A program made the translations under genes and the position numbers. Below the pieces are notes generated by a model. That model made no database searches. It was not told where the DNA came from and worked only from the letters and a program-made list of their open reading frames with translations. Positions 13,087-23,979 of a stretch of DNA of 64,000 nucleotides are shown piece after piece. Numbering within the stretch: position 1 is the first letter of the stretch; every line of letters starts with the position of its first letter. This DNA comes from Anthoceros angustus (Eukaryota; Plantae; Anthocerotophyta), in assembly GCA_010909165.1 (NCBI GenBank), contig MU008199.1, positions 390,248 to 454,247 of the forward strand, written 5' to 3'.

Positions 13087-15492
13087 TCAGCCTTGCTTGA
13101 TTCTGGAGTTGAGATCATCTCCAACCAGAAAACTATGCACCAGCCCGTCCTTGTCCGTCCACCAGCTCTGACCTGCCTGCTTCCATGCCCTGAATCTCTT
13201 TCTCCTTGCCTGTAACTCCTTTGCCTGATCCCACATCTGGGCACCGGTGTATATGTTCGACATCAACACATATGCTGCCGCGTCTCTCGTCTCCAGCTTC
13301 ATTGCTTCGTTGAAAGCATGGCGTCCCACCTCCACATTACTCCACTTTTGACAAGCAGCTAATAGGGTGTGCCACATTGCGGCATTAGGCAAGACAGGCA
13401 TTGAGCTTACAAAAGCCAGAGCCTCATCCACTAGTCCCGCACGGCCCAAGAGATCTACCATGCACGTGTAGTGGTCCTCGGTAGGAGTGATGCCGTAGTG
13501 TCTGCCCATAGCCCCTAAGTACTCCCACCCCTTCTTGACTAGTCCCGCATGACTACATACGGTTAGCACACTAAGAAATGTGACGCCATTTGGACGAATG
13601 CCAGCCTCCTGCATTCTTTGGATCAAGTGGAAGACGACGTCACTCTCTCCTCGACAGGCGTAGCCTGCAATCAGTGCGCTCCAAGCGCAAACATCTCTCA
13701 CAGGCGATGAATCAAACACCTGCTGTGCATCAATCATGCTCCCGCACTTTCCATACATGTTGATCAAACTGCCAGCTAAGAACTGATCCATCTCAAGCCC
13801 ATGCTGTACAATCTGTGCATGTAGCTGCCTTCCCAGATACAAAGCTGCCACATTCGCACATGCCTGCAAAAGGCAGACAAATGTCACAGCATCAGGAACA
13901 CCGATGCCGCCTTCTTGCATAGCACTGTAAAGACGAAGGGCTTCCTGGCCCATGCCCTGCTGGGAATAACCCGCTATCATAGCAGTCCACATCACCACAT
14001 TTTTTTGGCCGAGCCTGACAAACACTCTCTGCGCGTCTTCCAAACTTCCGCATTTTGCATACATGTTCACCAGACTGCTAGCTACGAACTCATCACCTTC
14101 ATGTCCCTGTTCTCTAATCTGCATATGAAGATGCTTCCCCTTTTCAAATGCAGGGGTGCCCACACTTGCACATGCCTGCAACAGGCAGGCAAATGTTACA
14201 GAGTTGGGTACAGCCATGCCTCCTTCTTGCATAGCACTGTACACACGAAGGGCTTCCTGCCCCATACCCTTCTGGGAATATCCTGCTATCATGGCAGTCC
14301 ACGTGACCACATCTTTGCGACAAAGTCTATCAAATACTCTCTGAGCATCTTCCAAGCTGCCACACTTTGCATACATGTTCACTAAGCTGTTGGCTACAAA
14401 CACATCATCTTCATGTCCTCCTTCCCTTATTTGAGCATGAAGATCCTTCCCCTTCTCCAAAGCCGAAGTGCCCACCCTTGCGCATGCCTGTAAGAGGCAC
14501 ACAAATGTCACGGAATCAGGTACAGCCAAGCCTTCTTCTTGCATAGCAGCATAGAGCCCAAGGGCTTTCTGGCCCATACCCTTCTGCGCATATCCTGCTA
14601 TCATGGCAGTCCATGTCACCACATTCTTCTTTCCAAGTCCGTCAAACACATCCTGTGCCTCCTCCAGGCTCCCGCACTTGGTATACATGTCCACCAAGCA
14701 GCTGGAAACGAATACATCAGGCTCAATGCCGCTGGCAAGCACATCAGCATGCACCTGCTGCCCAGTCTTGAAGTCCGATCCCCTTGCACAAGCCCGAAGG
14801 GCTGCCACAAAAACATGCCCATCTGGCTTCACACCGGACCCACGCATCTGATGATACAGCTCTACGGCCTGCTTATCTCGTCCCTGCTTAACATGCGCAG
14901 AGATTATAGCAGACCAGGAGAAGGCATCTGGCTTGGCAACCAATCCAAACACATCCATCGCGTCTTGCAAACTGCCATGGGAAGCATACAGTCGTAGAAC
15001 GAGGTTGCCCAATACCGTGTCCGACAGATACCCCTTTCTCACTGCCAAAACATGGACGCGGCTACCCAGAACAACATCCTTTCTGGCTAAACATTTCTTC
15101 AGCACCGTGTTAAACAGTGACACGAAAACACAGCACCCTCTGTGCACAAGAAGGTCCAAAGCATCCACAGCCTCACTAAGTCGGCCCTCACGGCACAGCT
15201 TGCCCACTGCTTCCGCAGTCACGCTTCTATCGCCACCTGCATGCCTGCTCATATTTTGCCTGCCATCCCGCCGAAGCGTGGGTTCCCCAAAAATTTGCCC
15301 AGATAAATCCTCTTGGCGACTTCCCGCGCTGGAAGCTTCATCGCCAGCCAAACATCCCCCTGGACCGACCGCGTTTCTTGCCAAGATGCTGCACTGCCCC
15401 ACTGGGCTGTGCGCCCACACCCGCTTCTTTGACGTCAATGAAGCACTCCGTACAATACCAGCGAACCCACCACCCATGGATCGCAGGAGCAC
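13087..15492 (-). CDS. PLS-class pentatricopeptide repeat protein with E/E+ extension, no DYW domain (organellar RNA-editing factor type)
   Basis: Intronless 801-aa ORF with repeated SLVNMYAKCGSLEDAQRVF / VVTWTAMIAGY motifs. It has E-domain YTCMVDLLGRAG and AYVLMSNIY, and ends WKQAGQSWW...VHSFLVGD. Confidence 0.95.
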   Translation of the reverse strand: MLLRSMGGGFAGIVRSASLTSKKRVWAHSPVGQCSILARNAVGPGGCLAGDEASSAGSRQEDLSGQIFGEPTLRRDGRQNMSRHAGGDRSVTAEAVGKLCREGRLSEAVDALDLLVHRGCCVFVSLFNTVLKKCLARKDVVLGSRVHVLAVRKGYLSDTVLGNLVLRLYASHGSLQDAMDVFGLVAKPDAFSWSAIISAHVKQGRDKQAVELYHQMRGSGVKPDGHVFVAALRACARGSDFKTGQQVHADVLASGIEPDVFVSSCLVDMYTKCGSLEEAQDVFDGLGKKNVVTWTAMIAGYAQKGMGQKALGLYAAMQEEGLAVPDSVTFVCLLQACARVGTSALEKGKDLHAQIREGGHEDDVFVANSLVNMYAKCGSLEDAQRVFDRLCRKDVVTWTAMIAGYSQKGMGQEALRVYSAMQEGGMAVPNSVTFACLLQACASVGTPAFEKGKHLHMQIREQGHEGDEFVASSLVNMYAKCGSLEDAQRVFVRLGQKNVVMWTAMIAGYSQQGMGQEALRLYSAMQEGGIGVPDAVTFVCLLQACANVAALYLGRQLHAQIVQHGLEMDQFLAGSLINMYGKCGSMIDAQQVFDSSPVRDVCAWSALIAGYACRGESDVVFHLIQRMQEAGIRPNGVTFLSVLTVCSHAGLVKKGWEYLGAMGRHYGITPTEDHYTCMVDLLGRAGLVDEALAFVSSMPVLPNAAMWHTLLAACQKWSNVEVGRHAFNEAMKLETRDAAAYVLMSNIYTGAQMWDQAKELQARRKRFRAWKQAGQSWWTDKDGLVHSFLVGDDLNSRIKQG

Positions 15493-16449
15493 GCACTGAG
15501 CCTATGGCTGGAAGGCCACCTCGTCTGCGCAATTTGCTGATGTTAGAAGCGCACCTAGAACTCGCATACCAAGTCATAATTGTTGATGAAGCCATCAAGC
15601 CTTCCTCGGCAGGGCCGTGCTCTGAGCTTCCCCTACAGTGCATACACACACATACATTACACACCACGCTTGCAAGGCAAGCCCAGCTTCTCTTTGTGAG
15701 GATCTTATGGCATACCTACGGGTACAATTTTCAGAAACTCGACATCCAGGGTCGGATCGAGATTGGTAGTATTCCGTTGAGGCATGTTGAATTGCCTCAA
15801 TTACTTCAGGCTAGCCTAGGGCCAACTGACGGGGAAGACTGATGAGAGCTCCTATCACTTTTGGGTACATAGGACTGTCTCGACTCTGAAATAGGTAGCT
15901 CTCTTTCTCAATACGACATTGAACTGCGGGGTGATGCAGAATCAGCTCATCGAGGGCTTGAGAAGCGAGTGCTCGTAAACGTCACAGCCAAAAATGCAAG
16001 AGCGTAAGTCAGAGAGCAAACACGCTGAAGGAGGACAATAGGGACACATATTGCATGCCGTTTGGGACATTCAGAAGTTTCACTCCTTTTGTGATGTCCC
16101 TCCTTGACACTTCAACCGGCTGTGTCCACCGACTTAAAACTCCAGCGTGGCGGACGCAGCGCGCCAGCTCGGCAGAGTGACGGGGGCCAGCAACCGGGAG
16201 GAGGAGGGAGCAACCGGAAGGAGGAGGGAGCAGCGGGAGGAGGAGGAAGAAATTTTTTGTAGTCCACTAAGGACGAATTTTCATCATGGGATTGAAATAT
16301 TGCAACTACATAGATTGAGGTAAAGTGGTCTACACAAATGCAAAGGTAAAATTTAAACAAGACAATAGTATCAATGAAAATGCATGAACAAGGGCTAAAC
16401 ATCACCAATTCATCCCCACGAGGAGCTGCAGAGCATAAATTGGCTGTGA

Positions 16450-17450
16450 CACTGCTCATCTGTAGGCATGACGACCTACAACGATGATGTCAGCTTGGGC
16501 TCTAGCCCTTCGACTTGGGATACGATCTGCGGCTACCATCCAGCCGCTTTGAATCCTTCGGGAGCACTCCAGATCGGTTCCCGGAGACCATGGACGATCT
16601 TTGGAGCTCGATGGCACGGACTCACCCTTCACAACCACCAATGGGTAATTCGCCCATCAGAGTCTAAGCACTCTTACACCACCTTCGACGACCAGGCTAG
16701 CCTTCTGGCCTCTCGGTTCTTAATTTTGGGATTCTCCCATCCTGGAGGCCTTCGTTTTGAGCATGGAGGAAGGGCCTTCCACTAGCATGTAACTTTCCAT
16801 ACGGTTGGCTAGGGACTCTTTATCCTTGGAGGGTAGGGCGGCCTTGCCTTGTTTTTCCATTCTCTGTGGATGGGCTGCGTGGCCTCCAAGCCTCTCTCCA
16901 GGAGAAGCAATCGGGCAAGTGCAGAGGCCCCTTCTCCTTTGAAGATGATTACTCCACTCTCACTGGTCGATCTATACATAGTGTCGTAAATATTCTTCTT
17001 GGATTTTATTCATCCTCTTTGTTGATCCATTTGTATCCGGTGGTATGTTCTGTTCAAACATAATTGCACTCCTAAGCTCTTCATAAGCTGTTGCCAAAAC
17101 TCTGCAGTAAATCTAGGATCTCTATCACTTTAGATTGCATAGGTAGTCCATGCAACACATATACATGTTTTTTGAGCAACTTGAAAAGCTTTTACTGCTT
17201 CTTGGTAGGGATGAAGTGTATTGGCTAGCTGAATCTATCAACCACGGTCATGATAGTTGTATGTCCATTACTGGTTGGCAATAGCATGATGAAATCCATT
17301 GACATACTTTTCCAAGGCCCACTTAGAATAGGTGGGGGTTGCAACAAACCTCGCGGATTTGTCTGTTTCTCCTTATCCTGCTAGCAGTCTATACAAGACT
17401 TAACATACTCTATAATATGCTTGTACATTCCACGCTAATAAAATACCTTT
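16450..17450 (-). mobile_element. Degenerate Ty3/gypsy integrase remnant (possibly with chromodomain)
   Basis: Minus strand 16970-17450 reads RGMYKHIIEYVKSCIDC*..GLLQP...[48 protein letters not shown], with stops and frameshifts. The left boundary is a guess. Confidence 0.85.
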
Positions 17451-17491
17451 TTTAATTTCTCATAAGTTTCCAGTAAAATAGCTTTCTCAAT

Positions 17492-17733
17492 TTCTCCTAA
17501 GTTGGGTCAATCCTTCGATGACCTACACTTGGCACATCATGACACTCTTCTCCTAAGTTGGGTCTATCCTTCGATGACCTACACTTGGCAGCTCATGACA
17601 CTCTTCTGTATTAATTAACAAGTCCTTCGATGACCTACACTTGGCACATCATGACACTCTTCTCCTAAGTTGGGTCTATCCTTCGATGACCTACACTTGG
17701 CAGCTCATGACACTCTTCTGTATTAATTAACAA
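17492..17733. repeat. Tandem repeat, ~56-bp monomer in an alternating A/B dimer
   Basis: Four copies of tccttcgatgacctacacttggc...atgacactcttct, with alternating linkers (cctaagttgggtc / gtattaattaacaag). Confidence 0.9.
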
Positions 17734-18253
17734 GACAGGTTACTAACTAACAAGACAACTAATAATAAACAAAAAACTGCAAAAAACTGCTAATTAAACT
17801 TTTTATCGTATTATACTTTTCACTTTTCTACCCTTTTTTCGCCAATATTACTGCTTCGACAGTTCGCAATGCGATGGATCTTTACTATAGAGGGGTAGGC
17901 TGCATAAAAAGAATCGTGAACAGAGTAAACACTAAATTGCAAGTGATAAATATGATGCGTCCAGTTCACATTCTACTTCTAGCGTCTATCTACTGTGAAC
18001 CGACAACGACCGAGCTGTCCGCTCCTATCTTTCACCACCTGTATTTCTGGTGCACGAAGGCCTTGAAATGAAGTTCAAAATGATTGACATTCAATGTTTG
18101 ACCTTCGCTTCTCGACACACCTCTCCACCGTGTGGCAGTTAGCCTGCAGCTCCCTTACATTACACTGTCGTAGAGTGACTGTGGTGTGGAGTGAGCGTTT
18201 GAAACTGAGCTCCTAGTCTGAAGGATACCCTACCCAATGGCATGGTTTCAAAA

Positions 18254-21174
18254 CTACGTTGCCTTGACAAGCATCCGCGCATCTCCAGGGTTCAATAGAG
18301 AATCACCCATGACCCATCCCTGCGTACATACCAGGCTCAGCAATTCAGATCAAAATAAACAGCTATTAGTAGCATACAAGCCTGGACAATTGTTTTGCTT
18401 TACCTGAGCCTTGGCACCCTGTTTGAAATTTTCAAAGAGGTCCCCAATGGAGTTAAAACTCTCCGCAATTACAGCTTCAACACTAGCTTCCCTGCTCGGC
18501 CTTTTGCCAGGTACTGCCACTCCCCTAGTAGAAGCGAGTCCAGGGGACAACCTGTCCTTGCTGCCGGGTAACCTTGTTTCGCGTAGCAAGTGCAAAAGCA
18601 CATGACCCTGTAAAGGAAAGGCTCAGCATATACGCAACCAACATCTGGAAACAAAAAATCTACTGTAAACCAGAGGGAGATAACAGCCATGAAATGATAC
18701 ATGGAATGCCGCACGTAAAACATCATCGCAAGTTGCTGCATCCTTGAGAACAACATATGCACGCCTTCTTGCCGGATGATAGTTAATAATGTAGTTCTCC
18801 TTCTGTAGAAACCAACAAGAGCTCATCATGTTTCCACCTCTTTTGGAAAAGCCAATGAAAATACCCTCATGAGCTTCGAGGGCCCGTGACCATACCTCAA
18901 ACAAACGTTGATATGAGGAGAACTCGTGCATGGAGGAAAAAGCTTCATAAATACGGGCTCCTGCAGAGTCCCAGATGAAATGCACTTAACCGCTTGACTG
19001 CTGTCCAAAATGAAATGCCTACTCCTCACCTGAATGTTCAATCAATTTCCACGCACTGCCTTTGAGATGAGCTTCACGACAGATAAACCAATCCCTCTTA
19101 CCAAGTTCCAGAGGCTTTTCTTGTGACCATGGGCCCTTAATAATGTACTCTCGTTCATTTGCTTCTACCAACGATGGAACTTTTCCTGAATGTAGACAAA
19201 CAAGTCTTCTCAAACTTGAAGGATCTGATATTTGATCTGACTCCAGAACTGACCGTCACATGCACTTAACATCATTACATAGGATAGAACGGCTGACCGG
19301 AATCAAGAAAGGAATGGACAGCAACGCCAAATCTTGCACGATTCAGTGTAGGCAACATCACAGTTTTGACCTGACAAAGAACAAGCACTAAGGTCACTCT
19401 GCAGCAAAGTCACCATTGTAACCGGGACCTTAAGTTCATACACCAGATCTCACCTCTTTATATGAGCTGAACAGATAACCGCAGGAGAGTGCCATGAACG
19501 TAGCAGCTAGTGGCGGGTTCTGTTTAGATAAAAAAATGCCCAGCCCTGCTCCAAGCTGATTGCGAGAACATGAAGGAAAAGCCAATATGAGTCCCATTCG
19601 CCTTCCAGCAGCATTTGTTTCTTTCTATGCCACATCACAAGTTTTCAGAATACCCACCAAATCTGCGATGTTGCTTATACATTCTCCCTTAGCCGTCACA
19701 TCTCCGATGTTCTCCCTTTGCGCAAAAGCCTTATAAATGGGAGCCCTCGTTGATGTGGATGTTACAGCTGCCACATTCTGCAACGTTGAAACACTCAGGA
19801 GTGACCCTAGACAGTTCTTGGTCAGCCAACTTGAGCAACATAGACAAAACAAGACAAGAGCTCAGCCTGGGTGTTCTACCTTGGCAACATTAGCAGCACA
19901 CGCAAGAGGGAGGAAAAGACCAGGTAGAGCCATGGTTGCCAGCTCTACCCCAGCACCCAACTCCATCAAGAGGTCCCCAGCGAATCGGAGCTGCGGTACA
20001 GAAGACTAACGTCACAACCTTTCAGGCACAAGTTCTGAACACTTTTGAAAAGTGGCAGCCCCGAGAATTCAACTGGTAGAGCTCTCAAAGTATACCTGCT
20101 TGAGATCGCAGTCAAACTTCTTCCCGTGCCGAGCAAAGAGCATTTTACCAATTCGACCGGCGCCATCCTGAAAGACACTCATTCGGTTGTTAAAGACCGA
20201 AAGAAGCAGGCAGAAGATGATTTCAGCGAGGACAAACGGAGCGTAAACTCGACAGGGGGCCGACCTTAATGACCCAGTTGACTGCAACGGCAGACGATGC
20301 TGATCCAGCACGAGAGACACCCAGCGCATGTAGCAATGAGCGTGTGGTGAAAACACTCATGGCACCACCAAAGAAATGCTGTGATTGCGACCAATTGCCA
20401 GGGACAAAATAAGACCAAAGGCCAACACGGCCAGGCATTTTGCTCACAAGCACCGTCCAGAGGCTGTGGCATTCACTCGCATCCAGCATCCCGAACTATG
20501 CAGTCAGCTCACGATCCAGCACGCGGGAAACGAGCGAAGCAGAGCAGAGCAGCAGTCCCCTTGTGCCATACCTGGATAGCACGCCACTGCATGTACGGCG
20601 TGTAGGCCGGAGCCACACTCTCGGGATACCCTTCCGGAACCATGTAAGACCTCAAGAACGCCAGCGTATCCTGCAATGCGGCACACACCACACACAAGCT
20701 CACGACCCACTCCCAGCCACCCTAACCGAAGCAAGACACGCACCCGCGGCCGAATCCCACTCACCGCCACAAGATTGTGGTTCTGCTGCATATCCACCAC
20801 CTGAATCCACTTCTTCCCGCTGTGGCCCCCCACGTACTTCCAGTCCGCCCCGTCGGCCGTCTCCCAGCACACCACGTCCCCCTGCGCGGCGCTGGTGGAC
20901 GGAGCCGCATCCAAATCCGCCTCCACGCCCCCTCTCCTCCCGGGGCTCCCGAGGCACTTGGTCAAATTGGACACCATGAAGGGCGCGGGCGGGGGCGGCG
21001 GGCTGGGAGGCGCGCTGGAGTACATGGACGGGCTGGGCACCTGCTCCGGCACAGCCGCAGCGCGGCCGCGGCCCGCATAGAGACCTCGGTGGCGCGCATT
21101 GCCGCCTCCCTGGTGACCCTTGCCCGGCCGGCCATGGCCGCTGCCGACTGCGTCGGCTGGTAAGGCACTCCCAT
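18254..21174 (-). CDS. RUS6: ROOT UVB SENSITIVE family protein (DUF647, RUS6-like), multi-exon
   Basis: Exons read RSYMVPEGYPESVAPAYTPYMQWRA / HFFGGAMSVFTTRSLL..AVAVNWVIK / DGAGRIGKMLFARHGKKFDCDLKQ / NVAAVTSTSTRAPIYKAFA..ENIGDVTAKGE / final GWVMGDSLLNPGDARML*. The start is uncertain because of a probable frameshift near 21050. Confidence 0.88.
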
Positions 21175-22149
21175 CGTGCCTGCCGCCGCCGCCGCTGCTG
21201 CTGCTGCTGTTGCAAGATCACCTCTCTACCACACCATGCTCCTCCCCCTCCTTTTCCCGTTCCTTCTTGCCCTGCCCTGCCCTGCCCTGCCCACCGGCAG
21301 GCGGCAGGCGGCCTTGCTTTCAACCGAATGTCACAAGGAAGCGGAATGGCAGAGACGGGAACCAACTCCAGCGCCGACAACTGCGTCCCCGTGGCAGACC
21401 GACTGCGACAGAGGCAGCGAGGCCGAGCTGCGATAGCGAGGGTGGCGACGGTTCCATTTGTAACGATCCATCTGCCAGCAGCTGGACCTTGGTTTTCCCC
21501 CACGCTTCGTTGCCAATCCAGGCACCGCAAGCTAAATTCAGTCCCTCACGACATGCACGGCGTCCGACAAACTATCCCGGCGGTGTTAACCATTAGCACC
21601 AGGCCGGGGGTCGGGTCGTGGATAGGAGGCGCGTCACCGCCACGCCGGCTCCATGCGGGCCCCGCCTGGGTCTCCAGTCAAAAATTTCGCATTTCGCCGT
21701 TCCTCCTCCAACTTGCGTTTCCGTGCTCGGTTGCTCCCTGGCTTGGAACTTGGGCCTCCGGTAGGTGCACCTTCTTTCTTCTTCTCCTCTAACCAAGTCT
21801 TTGGTGCACCTACCCTTTTTCTTCTGCAACATGTATCCAACAAACTGATCACAACATGCCCAGAGCTTGATGTAAAAAATAATAATTTATTTAAATAATA
21901 CAATTTCTTTTCAATAAAAATATAATACTTATTCCAAATACTATAGAATACTATACTCATCACCCACAAGTTTAGGGGAAGCTTGTTTGTGACCCTTGCT
22001 TGTTTTCCTCGGAGCTTGCTCGAGGCACCTAGCTTCGCCCTAGCTTCGTGCATGGAGCCAACAAGAGTTTCTTATAGACTGGTCGGCCACGATGAGGCCG
22101 TAGCGGCTAGGCTACTAATGGCCAGGCAAGGCGTGATCCGCTGTCGCGG

Positions 22150-22420
22150 CTAGGCCACTGACGTTTCTCCCTTCTTGAATGCCACTCACTACCTAGGCCA
22201 CTGACGTTTCTCCCTTCTTGAATGCCACTCACTACCATTTGGCCTTCAGCAATTGCTCAGGCAACACAAACACGCCGACACACGGAAACAGGAACAAGTC
22301 GGCGGATGTATCTTGTCCAACACTACAATTGTTTCACAAGTCAGCGGATGTATCCTGTCCAACACTACAATTGTTTCACAAGTTAGCGGATGTATCCTGT
22401 CCAACACTACAATTGTTTCA
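22150..22420. repeat. Two short tandem duplications (43 bp x2; 42 bp x3)
   Basis: ctaggccactgacgtttctcccttcttgaatgccactcactac x2 at 22150-22236; gcggatgtatcctgtccaacactacaattgtttcacaagt x3 at ~22300-22420. Confidence 0.85.
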
Positions 22421-23979
22421 CGACTCGCCAATATCCCTGCTGCAAATCCCTGCTGCAATTGTTTCACGACTTGCCAATATCCCTGCTCAGGTTTCAACTT
22501 TGGCCATTTGGCCACGCCTTGAGCTGTGTCCTTCGGAGTCTAGTCTTTGTCTAGTCTTTGTTCTCTTTGGGTGCTTTTGGTCACCGTGCCAAGTGGCGTG
22601 CCACGTCGGCACAAAGGAAAAAATCAAGTAACACAAGTTTTCTCCTCATGTGGGTGACGAGAACGATATTCCATAAAGAATACCGCACTACATATGCTAG
22701 ATCCCTCTCGAGAAGCATAGCACGCCAAGTTCTTAGTGGATTGAAAAAGCTTTTTCTACTTCTACACACACTATGTTGAAGCTCACTCCGGTACCAACCA
22801 AAACCTAGGACCATGTAGGTACATTCCCGTTAAGTATATATGGAGAATTAAAAATCCAAACCAATTAGTTAGGTGAACTAGTATAGATACATCTCTCCCG
22901 GAAGCTGTCGAGAGTTGAGTAAACCAAATTTGAAGAGGAAAAAAAAATGTGACATAGGCGACAAAAATGGGGACTCTGGAGGGTCAGTGGACAAAGCAGG
23001 CTGATCTGGGATTTCCCTCCCAAGTTGTTGGGCAGTTCTCCGCAGCACAGAGATGTATGCTGGCAGGACGTGCACCCTTCCACCTCAGGGACGAGGCAGG
23101 ACAGGACTTTCGAGATTCTCCACACCCCGCCAGTCACAACTGGCGTGAGCTAAGAGGGGCTCTTGGCACTGCTGTCATTGCAGACTCCAGTCAGCTGCGG
23201 CAACCTTTTCTTGAATGACCAAGAGCTTTTGGGAAGATTCGCGGTGCTACATGCTGAGAGCGGACATGCCGAGCATGTCCAAGCCATAGTGCGCCTGAGA
23301 AGATGCCTCCGTGCCTGCTAGAAGGGGACGTCAAGCCTCCATGACCCATGACGTGTGCCTGCTACCGCTTCAGTGCTTGCTGCTGTCCACACAGCACCGG
23401 CACAGCCTTCATATCAGCTTAGACATCCGTCTCTTGCCCTGTATGTTAAGAAAGCCGTTGTATCGGTATTGGCTCCTGCATCAGGTGCAAACACCGAGTT
23501 GGAAGCATATTCACGGCAGCGAGAGGATCAAAACAGCAGTGACACTCTTGCTACTCTGCTTTTTATTCAACTGCTGCTTGTTCAATGTGTAGGGTACATG
23601 CTAGCGGCGGGTGAACCCACAGGGCAAGGCAGCCGGTGATGTTGACGTCCTCTTGCCCCTCCTCATCCCCCCACCGTCAACTCTAAGCCTGTTATGTTAC
23701 AGCTAGGAAGAGTAGACGCCTACCCAGAGTTGATTCCCAATAAGTTCAAAATCCTATCGTTGGCCACAGGCTCTTAAAATACATCTGGGGAACCCTATCA
23801 GACTCGCCTGCACACTCGCCTGCAGGTCATAGAGATAACAAAAGAAAAACCTCAATATGAACTGTTGCAACTTAGCGTTACTGGACATCACAAATGTGAC
23901 ACCTAGTAGCCTCTGGCAAGCAGTTCTTTCAAGGAATTACATGAGTGGATTCTTAACTACATCATTCAATGTTCAATAT

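Noticed and set aside
13915-15499. Plus-strand ORFs overlapping the PPR
   Set aside because: Antisense shadows of the repetitive PPR coding sequence.
21600-23640. Coding potential between RUS6 and QSOX
   Set aside because: Only short, mutually overlapping ORFs and local duplications, with no family signature.
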